Shown here piece after piece: positions 26,108 to 38,069 of a DNA stretch of 64,000 nucleotides. Numbering within the stretch: position 1 is the first letter of the stretch; each line of letters begins with the position of its first letter. The position numbers and the translations under genes are program-made. The notes under the pieces are model-generated. The model was not told where the DNA came from. It saw only the letters and a program-made list of their open reading frames with translations, and did not search any database. The DNA comes from Octopus vulgaris (lineage: Eukaryota). Location: the NCBI GenBank assembly GCA_951406725.2, contig OX597824.1, positions 7,006,001 through 7,070,000 on the forward strand. Direction: 5' to 3'.

Positions 26108-27122
26108 TGTAATTACATCTTTCAAAGTAACAATTTCATAATTGTTAATAGCAATATTTTATGCAGAAATCTTTTCTTAGACTTACACAAATTTATGGAT
26201 ATAATTCTTCCAGGCATTAACCTCATCATTTGAAGTGTAGCTCTTGCTGGTGCTGACATCTGACCATCAGCAGTTATTTGACTTATTTCTGGACATGTAT
26301 ACATGGTCCTAGAAACAATGGTTCTGAGTCAGATATGGTCCTAGATATACAATTATACCTGATGATGATTGTGATGACCACAATTGTAAAGATGTAAAGA
26401 TGTAAAGATTCAGAACACACATAGTAAAGACAAAGTTCACAAAATTATCGCCTTAATAGCAACAGCTCATCTCAATATTTAGACATTTAATCATATTTGA
26501 TCGGTAATGTGAAGATGCAAAGCTATAAAGACAGGGAATAACCAGAATCAGAGAATTCAATTAATTAAACTACCCCCGACCACCCAATCCCTGGATTGTG
26601 TCGATGGAAATAATCATTGTTGCTGTTGTTGTGGTTGTTTTCATAATTATCGTCATCATTATTGCAGTCTAATTGCTTTACAGTATTTAATTAAACACTG
26701 ATATGTTGAATGCAATCTCCCACCTGATTACGTCAAATAAATAATGGCAATATATGGAGGTGGATTTAGGCAACAATCCCCTTCTCTTTTATTTTTACCT
26801 TTATGACCAAAATAAGATGCTTTTGTTATCCTCCAAAATCAAAACATGTGAAAATGGAAATATTTTTGATGCCATAACACAAATGCAATTAATGTAGCCC
26901 TCACAAGAACATTCCCGGGATAAACATGAAGCCAATGATGGCTTTGAAAGTAAAGACATTGGCAGAGCAAGTGTGGTCTTTAGTTGGGTCAGTTTACATT
27001 TTGAGTTCAAATCACATCACACAGGGTTGGCTCTGCTTTTCGTCCTTCTAGTTGGGGGTCAATGAAATTAAGTACATGCCAAGGCCTGTGGGTTGTTCGA
27101 CTCTACCTACTCCCGCTCTGCC

Positions 27123-27256
27123 TTCATCATCATCATCATCCTCATTTAACGTCTGCGTTCCATGCTAGCATGGGTTGGACGATTTTGACTGAGGGCTAGC
27201 AAACCAGATGGCTGCACCAGGCTCCAATCTTGATCTGGCAGAGTTTCTACAGCTGG
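27123..27256 (-). mobile_element. SINE family C 3' fragment
   Basis: (cat)n followed by tttaacgtctgcgttccatgctagcatgggttggacg. Confidence 0.85.
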
Positions 27257-28386
27257 TCAAATGTATGAAATCATTTTGGACCTTAGAAGGAACCCCCCCA
27301 AAAAGTGTATAAGGATTAAAAATTTCCACTTGTATTCAACTGTCAATATGCAAAACAGTATTAATTAAAATAAAATTCTTGTAACTAGGAACTAATTTAC
27401 CTTTTTGGTTCATTACTTTGGAGATGATTATATTCTGTGCAAAATGGCTAACGTTTATTTTTAATTTATTTTTTTCCCTTCCGAACCAATTTGGGTTAGA
27501 CTTAAAATAGCACCAAAACCACAAACATTGCCAAAAAAGTCAAACTATTTTTCAAGTAACTGCTGCTACGTCGAGAAGTTAAGTAAATAAACCAAGAATA
27601 AAAGAGGAGCTGGAACGGCCAAACTTGAAGAAGTTATTTTTATACATTTCAACAAAGCAAAAAAAAAAAACATTTCATAATCTTTTACATTTAACATTAA
27701 GTGTAGGCCCACCACCACCACCACCACCACCACCACCAAACCACCATCACCACTATTTCCATCCCTTCTTCATTTGAATTAATAAACCAAGTTCTTTTAA
27801 TTCTTAGAGATTCTGTTTTTTTGGTATTGTTTCGAAATTATTATTGTTGTTACCAATGTTTCTGACATATTTATATTTCAATTTAAAAGCATTTTTAAGA
27901 AATTAAAATCTTAATTCGCTACACACACACACACACACGCACACACATGCACAAACACACACATAAATTAAACTTGTGGTAAGCCTCCCACATTTTCTTT
28001 AATGTAGTATATTTGAAGCACATGTTTTCATTTGTTTAAGTCCCATAAAGCCACAGCACCAACTACCTGTTGTGTAATTGAGCACTCTAAATGATCAATA
28101 TCTCACTGAGGTGGTCTGAAACTGTATTGCCTACGCTCATGTGTATATTTCTATAATATGTGTGTGTGTGAATAAGTGAGCATTGCATTTGACAGAGTAA
28201 TCTGAATGTTATTATTTATCACATCAACTTATTAACGTAACTTATGACGTCAACAACAGAAAAGCAAGAAGCAAAAAATTTTTTCTTGAAACAAGTTTGG
28301 AATTCTGGAACGAAAAGCAGAAAACTTGACCTCGCAAAAGCCTTAACCTAGCTTCCTCACATGCATGCATGTGCATGAGGTATGTG

Positions 28387-28544
28387 TAGGGGCAGACTGA
28401 GCCATTGGTCAATCAGGCATTTCCCAAGGGCCTGGAGCTCTGAGGGGCCCACACTCTACATGTTAACTCTACTGAAATACACTTTCAAAGAGGTCTGGTA
28501 AACAGTTTTGACCGAGGGCCCTTAATACTCTCGGTCCGCCCCTG
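28387..28544. mobile_element. hAT-type MITE
   Basis: TIRs taggggcagactgag / ctcggtccgcccctg; 8-bp flanks ggtatgtg / tgtatgtg. Confidence 0.75.
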
Positions 28545-29941
28545 TGTATGTGGATTGTTGTAATGAAAAGGAGTGGGACCAAATTATATACCAAAACTAA
28601 TTCCTTTTCATCAAAACAATCAAAAACATGGATAAATTTTCGTTAGTTACAATTTTCCTTCTCAGAGATTTCCATTAGAATTCTGCTCACATTTAGAATA
28701 TTTCACAGGAATATAAATATATCAACCCGAAGACTTTGCTGGTGCATTAATTTTATCAATCGGAGAAAGACAAAAGGCAATAATGCCCTCAGTGGGACTT
28801 GAACTCCGAACAACAGAGAGAACTAATTACTTAATTATGAAGCCAGTTTGTCCAACTCCCTGTAACCCAGCCAATCTCTAGATCCTGACTTAACATAATT
28901 CTCATCCAAACTAATTTAACATGTTCTCCTTCCCAGTATTCCACCAATATTTTCATACAGACTCTAAAATATCCTTGGGTTAAAAGGGTTAAGGTTGAGT
29001 AAACATTAGCCCTGATTTGCATTAAGAATTAAAACCATATTATGCAAAACGGGGCCTGACTTTTCACACAGTCAACAATCATTAGTTCGGAAGGCTCCCA
29101 ACCGTATTCATTCAATTTACTTCCTGAATAAGAATTTGAAAGCAAATTTAAATTCAACCCCCCACCACCACCACCACCAGTTTTGTTCAGTAATTAGAGT
29201 TTATACTCCAGCCATAAAACAATCAACAAAGAAGAAATTTAAAACAGAATTCTTCAACACTATTATGTTAAGTTCAAATAATAACAACAGAGAAAAAGTA
29301 AAAAGGAGCAAATACCAAAACTAAATGCAAGTCTTCTAAATTACACAGCTCCATTAGCAACATAGTATTAATTCCATGCCAGCATGGAAAAGAGAGAGAG
29401 ATGATAATGATGATGATATAGATTATTAAATCCAAGTGGCAGGAGACAGAAATGGTATTTTCAAGAAATAGAACTTCTTCAAATTTTTTCTCCCCTTCAG
29501 TTTTTTTTTCCTTTTTAAATTATAATTAGAAAAAAAAAATGTACAAATTCAAAATCTACAAAAATTTAACCACAAGATTAGAAGAAACTCGTCCCATGGG
29601 GTAACTTAATCCCAATTTCAGAATTCTTGCATTAATTACTGCACAGCTGATACACTGTTTTGTAGTTATGCCCCACACTGGTTCTATTAATTTTATTATA
29701 GAAACAAGATTCTGGGTTTCAAAGTTTGGAATTCAAAATCTCTCCAGATTCATTAGCAACATCAATAGCTCTATTATCTCTAACAAACTTCTCTTATAAA
29801 CCTCTCCTTTTAGCTTGCTAATAAATATACAAATATATATATATATATATATATAAGGATAAGATCGTTAATTTGAATTAAATAATGATCTTATCAAGTG
29901 GCCAGCATGGAAATAAAAACCTTCAAAGGTAATAATTATTA

Positions 29942-30224
29942 TTAAAATTATAAATTGGGGTATCTACGAGATACTGCCGTGCTGAAAATAGCAGCCAGGA
30001 TCTGACTCTAAAGCCACCTTAAGTGTTCATATAGCACAAGGGGAGAAGACAAAAAGACAAAATAAAACTAGTAATTATCCGGTAATTTTTTTACTACCTT
30101 TACTTTGTATTTTTTGTCTTCTCTCCTTGTGCTGTATGGGCATTTAATGTGGTTTTAGATTCAGAACCCGGCTGCTATTTTCAGCATGGTGGTATCTCAT
30201 AGATACCCTAAGTTATAATTTTAA
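29942..30224. repeat. Long inverted repeat (arms ~125 bp, spacer ~30 bp)
   Basis: tgctgaaaatagcagcc / ggctgctattttcagca and gcacaagg..gagaagacaaaaa / tttttgtcttctctccttgtgc. Confidence 0.9.
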
Positions 30225-30254
30225 ATATATACATACATATATATATATATATAC

Positions 30255-30305
<51 letters not shown>

Positions 30306-31412
30306 TGTGTGATCATTTGCTTTGTAGAACCTAACAATCTATGCTCGTGAGAGCCTACAATACTCAAACTTATATAGAGACAGCATAAAATAAAAATAAA
30401 AATAAAAAACCTGGCTTGATGTGATTAACTAAGTCATGTCATGATTTAATTAAATGCATTTGTTTGATAAATGTAAATAAGAATTTTATGCCAAGGTAAT
30501 ATAAATAAGGCAACAGCTTTTGCAAACACATTTCTACCTATTAAATATTAAAACTTTGATCTATTATGAAAATCAACTAAGTTTATAGTTTGTTATTGCT
30601 AAAAATGTCAAACTTTGATCTCTTGGCATTGTTTTCCTTCAGAATTCTCAGATATTGTGTTAGGAATTTTAATCATGAAAGAAAAATGACAAAAAAAAAA
30701 CCAACAAAGGTAATAAAATCTCAATCAACTATAAAACAGATTCTAAAACAAACAAACATCAAGACAGATGATATTATTTAACCCAAGGTCAGCCCTCATT
30801 GAGCAGACCTGTGCTCCAAGCATGATTCAGTTTTGGCCATCAATACATTTTGTGTGTCAGATCAGAGACTGTTACCTGATTTCATTACAATGGTACTCTG
30901 TTCCAATCATTGTACAGTGGCTTTACTGGTAGGGTGTAATTTGAGGGACAAGCGATATATTTCTAACAACCTGAATAGTCACATAGAGGTTCTTCTGTTG
31001 GTTTGGCAGGGCAAACCATGATAGAGTTAAGGAGCCACAGGTAAAATAAAAGACTTACAATAATGAGTCATTTTTCTAATAAGAATTTTTTAAAATATAT
31101 ATTACTATATTTTACCATAGATTATATTACAGTCATGGTGGCAATTAAGAAATAGAATAAGAACTTGCTTATCTATCATCTGGAGATTCACATCAGGATT
31201 TCCAGATGGTAATATATCAAATCAGACAAGTTTACCGTTATTCTAAGGTCTGCAGAAGAAAATGAGATAAAGAAAGGAAAAGAAGCTAATAAAACAAGAA
31301 TGGTATTTACATGAATAAACAGTCCAAAATATACCACTGAAGTAACGAATGAGCTAAGAATTTGAAGCAAATTTTAAGTATACAATAATAACGCCCACCC
31401 ACAATGCACTTC

Positions 31413-31478
<66 letters not shown>

Positions 31479-31824
31479 TACTGTTTTGTTCAGAGGTTTA
31501 CTTTGCATCCATATGATTTCAGGCAAGTGTTTTCAAGTATAACCCCCAAACTAAATAGAGCTCTGTATGAGAATTTGGTAGATGCCAACCGAGGGAAGCG
31601 CTTATTTTGTATGTTGGCTTTTATATTCATTGTGTAGTCTTCTCATTGGGTGCAGATTTTAAGCAAAACTGTTTTCCATTAAAAAAAAAAAATGTGAAGT
31701 TTTAAAAAAAAAGTTCCATTGCTTTATAATTGTCTATGAAAACAAATCAGGTTATTTCGCTTCGAAGGATAAGAGAAATATGTCCCTACTTAGAAACAAG
31801 TGAGGATTTTCAACAGCAAGAACA

Positions 31825-32194
31825 GTGGAGGTGCAATGGCCCATTGGTTAGGGCAGCGGACTCGCGGTCAGAGGATCGCGGTTTCGATTCCCAGACTGGG
31901 CGTTGTGTGTGTTTATTGAGCGAAAACATCTAAAAGCTCCACGAGGCTCCAGCAGGGGTTGGTGGCGACCCCTGTTGTACTCTTTCACTCCAACCTTCTC
32001 TCACTCTTTCTTCCTGTTTCTTGTCCCCGACTTCCTATGCAACCGCTGAGCCTGGATGTGCATTCATCCATCCGTTGATGCTCTCGGTGTCGGGGGGTTG
32101 ACCTGCTTTCTCTTCTGCAGGTCTTACGAATAGCAAAGGACCACGTTTCGGACTTCTCCCACTGCTCTGGGACGAAGACCGCTTCACTCAACAG
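31825..32194 (+). mobile_element. SINE family D (tRNA-derived) with a 14-bp TSD
   Basis: A box tggcccattgg, B box ggtttcgattcc; caacagcaagaaca is duplicated at 31811-31824 and 32195-32208. Confidence 0.88.
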
Positions 32195-32667
32195 CAACAG
32201 CAAGAACATGAAGCTTTAGAGAATCCACTTCAATGGATTATATTGTTAGCCATGTTAACATGGAAAAGTGACCATTAAAACAATGATGATGGTGCTAACA
32301 TTCTGAAGTAGATAAAATTATAAGGAAATTTCACAGGCAATAAGTCTTATAAGAATGAATTATGAACTGCTTGCTCATTGTTCATATATCTATAAAACCT
32401 GTCAGTTATAGCAGCTTGAAGGAAATGGATACAATGTCGAGATTTACTTAACTGTCTGTTTACAAAGCTAATTATCTATATATTGGTATTAGCATATAGT
32501 CTAGAATCCATTCCTTAGAGCCTCCACTCTTGACAGAGTTATAGAAATGCGGATATGATATAAAACATGTCTTGGTCATTTGGGACTTGATAGAGCACAT
32601 CATACACCAGTTCTAAACACTGCTGATTTCTTCAAGAAACAAATAATAAAACCAGCTCCAACATAGG

Positions 32668-32718
<51 letters not shown>

Positions 32719-32785
32719 TAATGTACTGTATTGGTCTGTGATAGGAAATTCAACAGAAAAAGTACTCCATTTAGTGAGAGATAAA

Positions 32786-33029
32786 TATTATTATTTAAAG
32801 ATCACAATACATGTATTAAAGTGCTACTAATAGTTTCATATGTTGAGAAGTACTCAGACATATTCTTCAGGTGCAAACTACATATCATAATGCGTTTCTT
32901 CTATTTATTCCATTTCTTTAGTTTGTTATGATACGTGGTTTGTACCTGAAGAATATGTTTGAGTTCTCTCAACATATGAAAATACTAGTAGCACTTTACT
33001 ACATGTACTGTCACCTTTAAGTAATAATA
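32786..33029. mobile_element. Fold-back element with two divergent hammerhead-like motifs
   Basis: Arms 32786-32890 and 32926-33029; each reads CTGAAGA-atatgt(t/c)tgag..ctcaacatat-GAAA..ta-gtagcac outward from the centre. Confidence 0.75.
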
Positions 33030-33765
33030 ATATATATATATAAAATATATATATGTACAGCATATATATAATTGTTAAAGAGGACAACAAACTTTAAGGC
33101 AAGGCAAAGATCTCAAGTCATATACATTATTATTATTGGAAAAATAAAATCCATCTAGACATGGAAATTGGGACATAAAACAATGATGACAAAAGGGTAT
33201 GTCATGTTCCAATGACAAGGGGTGGATGAACCCTAAGGGGTTCTGTAGCAAGATCAAAACCAGAACCATGCAACTGAAAACCAAATTCCTTGGCAATGTA
33301 GTAACAGTTAGAAAAAAAGCTATCAGACTGTTATACCATGATGTAGGTTTGTTCAAATAAAGTTGAGCAACACATCACAAAACTGTAGAACTTTTAGTGA
33401 TGCAAACGTAGATAAATTCCGATACAATTCAAATCAGATACTAACACTAAAAGTGACAAGTTGGTGCTTGAGAATTTAAATTTGACAATACTTCAGCATG
33501 TCTTTTTTTCTTTTGTGTGTGTGTGTGTGATGGGGATTCTGGAGATAAGAAATAGGCATAATAATGTCTGTGTGAGATTCTTTCACAAGAAGAATGTTCT
33601 TAGCAGAGTGAAAGGAATAAAATAAAGTAAAAAAGACGATGTGTTAGACGAATTCGTTCTTATTTTAGAGTTGTCAAACTTACTTTGAATCAAAAAATTC
33701 ATTCTACTAGTGTGACTTTCACATCCAGAAACAAAACTAAATGGTAACACTTTCCACAAGAAGCT

Positions 33766-33975
33766 ATCATCATCATCATCATCATCAACAACATCGTCAT
33801 CATCATCATCAACATCGTCATCATCATCATCGTCATCGTCATCGTCATCATCATCACCATCATCAACATCGTCATCATCATCATCGTCATCATCATCACC
33901 AACATCATCATCATCGTCAGCATCATCATCATCATCATCGTCGTCATCAACATCATCATCATCATCATCATCACT
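33766..33975. repeat. (CAT/CGT)n trinucleotide repeat
   Basis: Direct reading; explains the poly-D, poly-H and poly-M ORFs. Confidence 0.95.
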
Positions 33976-34121
33976 ATCAGCAGGAGCATCACATTTTATC
34001 TTAACCATCTAGCTCAACCCCACCTTTTCTTTTCTTTTTTTTTTTTTGTTTAAACTGATATAGGCTTGAATGGCATTGCAACACATCTTATACAGTTTAA
34101 TCCTGTAATATCATGTCTGTG

Positions 34122-34164
<43 letters not shown>

Positions 34165-34648
34165 AAACTTAATCTTATTATCCATATCTGCCAATGAAGA
34201 ATTACTGTAGTTGTCTGAACAATATTTCAACAGTAACAGACAACTGAAGCATCACCAGTAGAACTGTTAACATTATGATGTGCACTCTGTACTGTTAGAA
34301 GCCACAGCTCCTGAGTGTATTGAGTACACAGTCATGGCTAGCAGAACACACAGCTCATTGCAGGGGAAACCTAGGACACTAAATATTCATGACCAGTAAG
34401 CTCTTTGTCATCAATTCACCACACAGAAAGTTCACCGTCACCAAATAGTTTTTAACTATTAATGGTGAGACACTACGAATATATTTTCTTGGTAAACTTA
34501 CCACACATTGAACTTTCCTCATGGTGATCTTTCTTCACAGTGAATTGTTGGCAGTGAACTTACCTGTAATCCTGAATACTAGTCCTGTCAGTTGTTAACT
34601 AATTACTTGTTTTTATCCCTCATCGCATAATCATGTCAAGTTGGCGTA

Positions 34649-34746
34649 TTAACCTTTTCATTACCAACCCGGCTGAAACCGCCTCTGGTTCTGTAGCACA
34701 AATGTCTTCTTTTCAAAAATTCTGAATTAAAATCTTTCACCAAACT
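34649..34746 (+). mobile_element. Partial piggyBac-type MITE
   Basis: Matches the left end of 54636-54858 (ttaacc.ttc..taccaaccc.gctgaaac.gcctctgg). Confidence 0.75.
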
Positions 34747-35376
34747 ATTTGTGTGCACATGTGTATTTTTAGTGTTAAAACCCTACTGAAAAAACTGAAT
34801 AAACTTAGAGAGAACTTGAATATAATATTAAATGCAAAATTGACAGGTTGGTAATTAAGAATTAAATTTAAAAATTGTACAGTGCTTAAGTGTGTGTGTG
34901 AGTGTGTTTATCTGTGTGCATATTTTTCTAGTATCAAAAATAAGACAACCAAAATACATTCTACAAGCTTCTTTCATAATGAATTAGAAATCATAACTTT
35001 TAATTATTTAAACCTAATCCTATAACGAACACACATATTGATATCTACAAGGCTCTAACAGGCTATGGTTGCATCATATAATTGTATTTCTCTTTCCTGT
35101 CAAGGCTATATTACTTGAAGATATTATTCAGAATCTCTTTTCAATCAGGCCTGAAAAATGTCTTGGCCTTCGTCTAATTTAATAACTTTCAAAGCCATTT
35201 CACTTCATTCTAAATTGACTGCAGATTGCCTTGGATAATAATTAATAGAACAAAATTTTTCACTTAACCGACGTTTCTTTTCTAAGTTAAATGATTTTTG
35301 AAGCACCGACTTAATAGCACACAATGTTGGAGATATATGTAAGCAATCACAAACACCTACACACATAAGTACACAC

Positions 35377-35417
<41 letters not shown>

Positions 35418-35945
35418 GCACACACATGTAGCAGAATCAAAATCTTGAAACGGAGCAGGAATTTAGATATTTGCCTAAAGCTGTATCTTCAAAATATACA
35501 GCAATAAAAATTCTTATTATATTAATTGATATTCATGACAGAGAATAACAACGAAAATTATTAACTGTTTGTGACATAATTATCTTTTTACTTTTATATG
35601 AAATACTTGAGAGACTCGAGAAGAATGAGGAGGAGGAGAAGAAAACAAAAATCTTGTAATTAAAACTTTGTATAAAAATCAAAATAAGTTACGTATTCAG
35701 TAATTTAAATGTTTTATCGATTAGAAATTGCTTTCAGTATTAAAACGGTGTGACAGGTAATACAAATTGATTATACATCGCAGCAAAGAAAGCAATAGCT
35801 ATTAAAAAGAAAAACCAACGGAATTAAAACAATTATTTGATATAAAACATATCGGTACCAAGTCTGTTTAATTCATTCTCTACATATGCATATATTTATA
35901 ACATATAAGCATATGTATGTGTGTGTGTGAATGTATGTATATATA

Positions 35946-36093
35946 TTTTTCTCTCCTTGCTTTTGTGTCCCTTTCTGTAGAGGAGCGTAGGCTCGAAACG
36001 TAAAAGACTTTTTCTATTCCTGAGCGTTATACAAATACATCTGTTCGTTTTGTACACCACCTGTCTTCGTCTTTTGTTTTTTTCATAAAATCT

Positions 36094-36098
<5 letters not shown>
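35946..36098 (+). mobile_element. Penelope-type short repeat with a CUGUAGA hammerhead-like motif (35967-36008)
   Basis: cttt-CTGTAGA-g-gagc-gtag-gctc-GAAA-c-GTA-aaag; near-identical copy at 52075-52228 and diverged minus-strand copy at 59520-59685. Confidence 0.75.
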
Positions 36099-36141
<43 letters not shown>

Positions 36142-36231
36142 CATGATGATGATATACATATATATATATACACATATTTCTCTTTAATTTAATTAAAAAG
36201 AATAAAATATATTCTATATTGCTTTTTTTTC

Positions 36232-36251
36232 ATTTTTTTTTTTTCCAACAG
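36232..36251 (+). promoter_or_regulatory. Probable splice acceptor of the GPCR exon (implies ~600 nt of 5' UTR in this exon)
   Basis: Poly-T tract plus ccaacAG at 36250-36251, followed by non-repetitive sequence running into the ORF. Confidence 0.55.
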
Positions 36252-36852
36252 AAATTTTCTGGAATGTGATATGGGAAGTTTACCAGTCTCACCAAAACCT
36301 CCATCAACCTGAATAAAATACACAGAAGCCAAAAATTCAAGGCCATGGGTAAACCAATCAGGTGAGAATTGAAACACCGACAGCGGCACTGTTTCTCGTC
36401 TACTTAAGAAGACCAGCAAACTGTTTGGTTGCGGAAATGTAACATTGAAAGCCAACAGTGCGTCACTCGAGGAACATCAAAGAGAAGTGATACAGCATCA
36501 ATTAATATTAATCTCAATGAAAGAGATTCTGATGAAACGTAAAGTGGTTTTGAATATTTAGCATTTCTAATATTCAAAACAAAAATTCTTCTTCTTTCTC
36601 TCCCTCCCACCTCTTCCTTGGAAGATACTGCTCTCAAACAACAACAACCACTACTACTACTACTACTATCACCACCACCCATGGAAGATTGGATTAAACA
36701 CTTATTGGACATTTAAATCCATGAATAAAAAGAACAAGGTAACAGAAAATATATGCATGAATTTATCTGGATTATTTCTCATATTGGATTATAAATTCTT
36801 TTTCTGTTTTACTTTTTATTCCAAAGAATAACGGACCAACCTGCTCAGCATA

Positions 36853-38016
36853 ATGTTCTTAAATGATTCCTACGACAACATGGAATACGCAGCCAATATG
36901 TCACTGTGGGAGAATGTCTCCTCAATAGCCACAAGTCTGACTGACGTTACGTCAAACAACAGCACCTTTGAAGATCCAGAACGCAGTGGGTTTATGAAAT
37001 TCTCTGCTGTGTATGAGAAAGCCCATGGTTATATTAGTGTCACTGTTTGTATATTTGGAGTAATTTCAAACATATTGAATATTTTTGTGTTGACAAGAAA
37101 ACACATGATTTCTCCTACTAATTATATTTTAACAGCTCTAGCAATTTTTGATATGTTCACGATGACCACATATATCCCATATGCTACATACCTTTATATT
37201 TTTGCTTCTCCTAGCCAAAGTTCCTATCATCCATATGCATGGGTGCTATTCATTGTTATTCACAACAACTTTATCATAACTTGCCATACCATAGCCCTTT
37301 GGTTAACTGTCTCGTTGGCAGTTTTCCGATATATCTTTGTCTGTCATCACACACAAGCACCGACGCTCTGCAACTTAGCCCGCTCGAAACTCACAGTTTT
37401 GATAACAGTTGGAATAAACATCTTGTTTTGTATACCTAACTATGCACAATACGTCGTCAGCGAGATGCCACCAGACGGCGACCATACTTCATACTGGATA
37501 TCTCAACGGGATCTTCCGCCTATCTTTTTCACTATAACATATTGGCTTTTCGGTGTCTTGATGAAGGTAGCCCCGTGCACGTTTTTGACAATCCTCAGTG
37601 CTATCTTAATACATGCAATGCATAAAGCAGAAAAACGAAAAGCTCGTCTCCATTCACAAGGCTCCCGGGCTACACAAGAATCTTCTAGCACAGAAAGCAA
37701 CAGAACAACAAAGATGCTTATAGCGGTGGTCTTATCAGTGGTTATTACTGAGTTGCCACAAGGAATACTTGCTCTGATAAGTGGCATCAACCAAGATTTT
37801 TTCTCAAATGTTTATGTGCCTTTAGGAGATGTAATGGATATTCTGGTACTAATTAACAGTGCAATTAATTTTATTCTTTACTGTATTATGAGTCAGGCTT
37901 TCCGAAAAACATTCAGGACTCACATCTTTAACGTTTGTGTAAATAATGTTCGGAATCGAACTAACAAGAATGGCGTAACGTATAGTTCAATTCAAACAGA
38001 AGTGACACAAGTATAG
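36853..38016 (+). CDS. Rhodopsin-class neuropeptide GPCR, myosuppressin/DMSR-1/myomodulin-receptor-like (FMRFamide/sex-peptide receptor group), intronless CDS, 387 aa
   Basis: Seven hydrophobic segments; N-terminal N-glycosylation sequons (NDS, NMS, NVS, NNS, NST); group motifs HGYISVTVCIFG..N..NI.VLTRK.M.SPTN.ILT.LA..D, WLTV.LAVFRY, RTTKML.AV....ITELPQGIL and NSAINFILYC.MS..FR.TF. Confidence 0.95.
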   Translation: MFLNDSYDNMEYAANMSLWENVSSIATSLTDVTSNNSTFEDPERSGFMKFSAVYEKAHGYISVTVCIFGVISNILNIFVLTRKHMISPTNYILTALAIFDMFTMTTYIPYATYLYIFASPSQSSYHPYAWVLFIVIHNNFIITCHTIALWLTVSLAVFRYIFVCHHTQAPTLCNLARSKLTVLITVGINILFCIPNYAQYVVSEMPPDGDHTSYWISQRDLPPIFFTITYWLFGVLMKVAPCTFLTILSAILIHAMHKAEKRKARLHSQGSRATQESSSTESNRTTKMLIAVVLSVVITELPQGILALISGINQDFFSNVYVPLGDVMDILVLINSAINFILYCIMSQAFRKTFRTHIFNVCVNNVRNRTNKNGVTYSSIQTEVTQV

Positions 38017-38052
38017 AATAATTTAAATTAAAACAAAAAAAAAAAAAAATGG

Positions 38053-38069
38053 AATAAAAATGGAATAAA
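38053..38069 (+). promoter_or_regulatory. Candidate proximal polyadenylation signals
   Basis: Two AATAAA hexamers 40-50 nt after the stop codon; the A-rich context lowers specificity. Confidence 0.3.

Noticed and set aside
33583-34008. Poly-Asp, poly-His and poly-Met ORFs (also 8412-8892)
   Set aside because: Trinucleotide repeat tracts open in several frames, with no flanking coding signal
35301-35314. agcaccgacttaa shared with 48512-48524 and resembling an antisense tracrRNA end
   Set aside because: A 13-mer match with no extended similarity; compatible with chance
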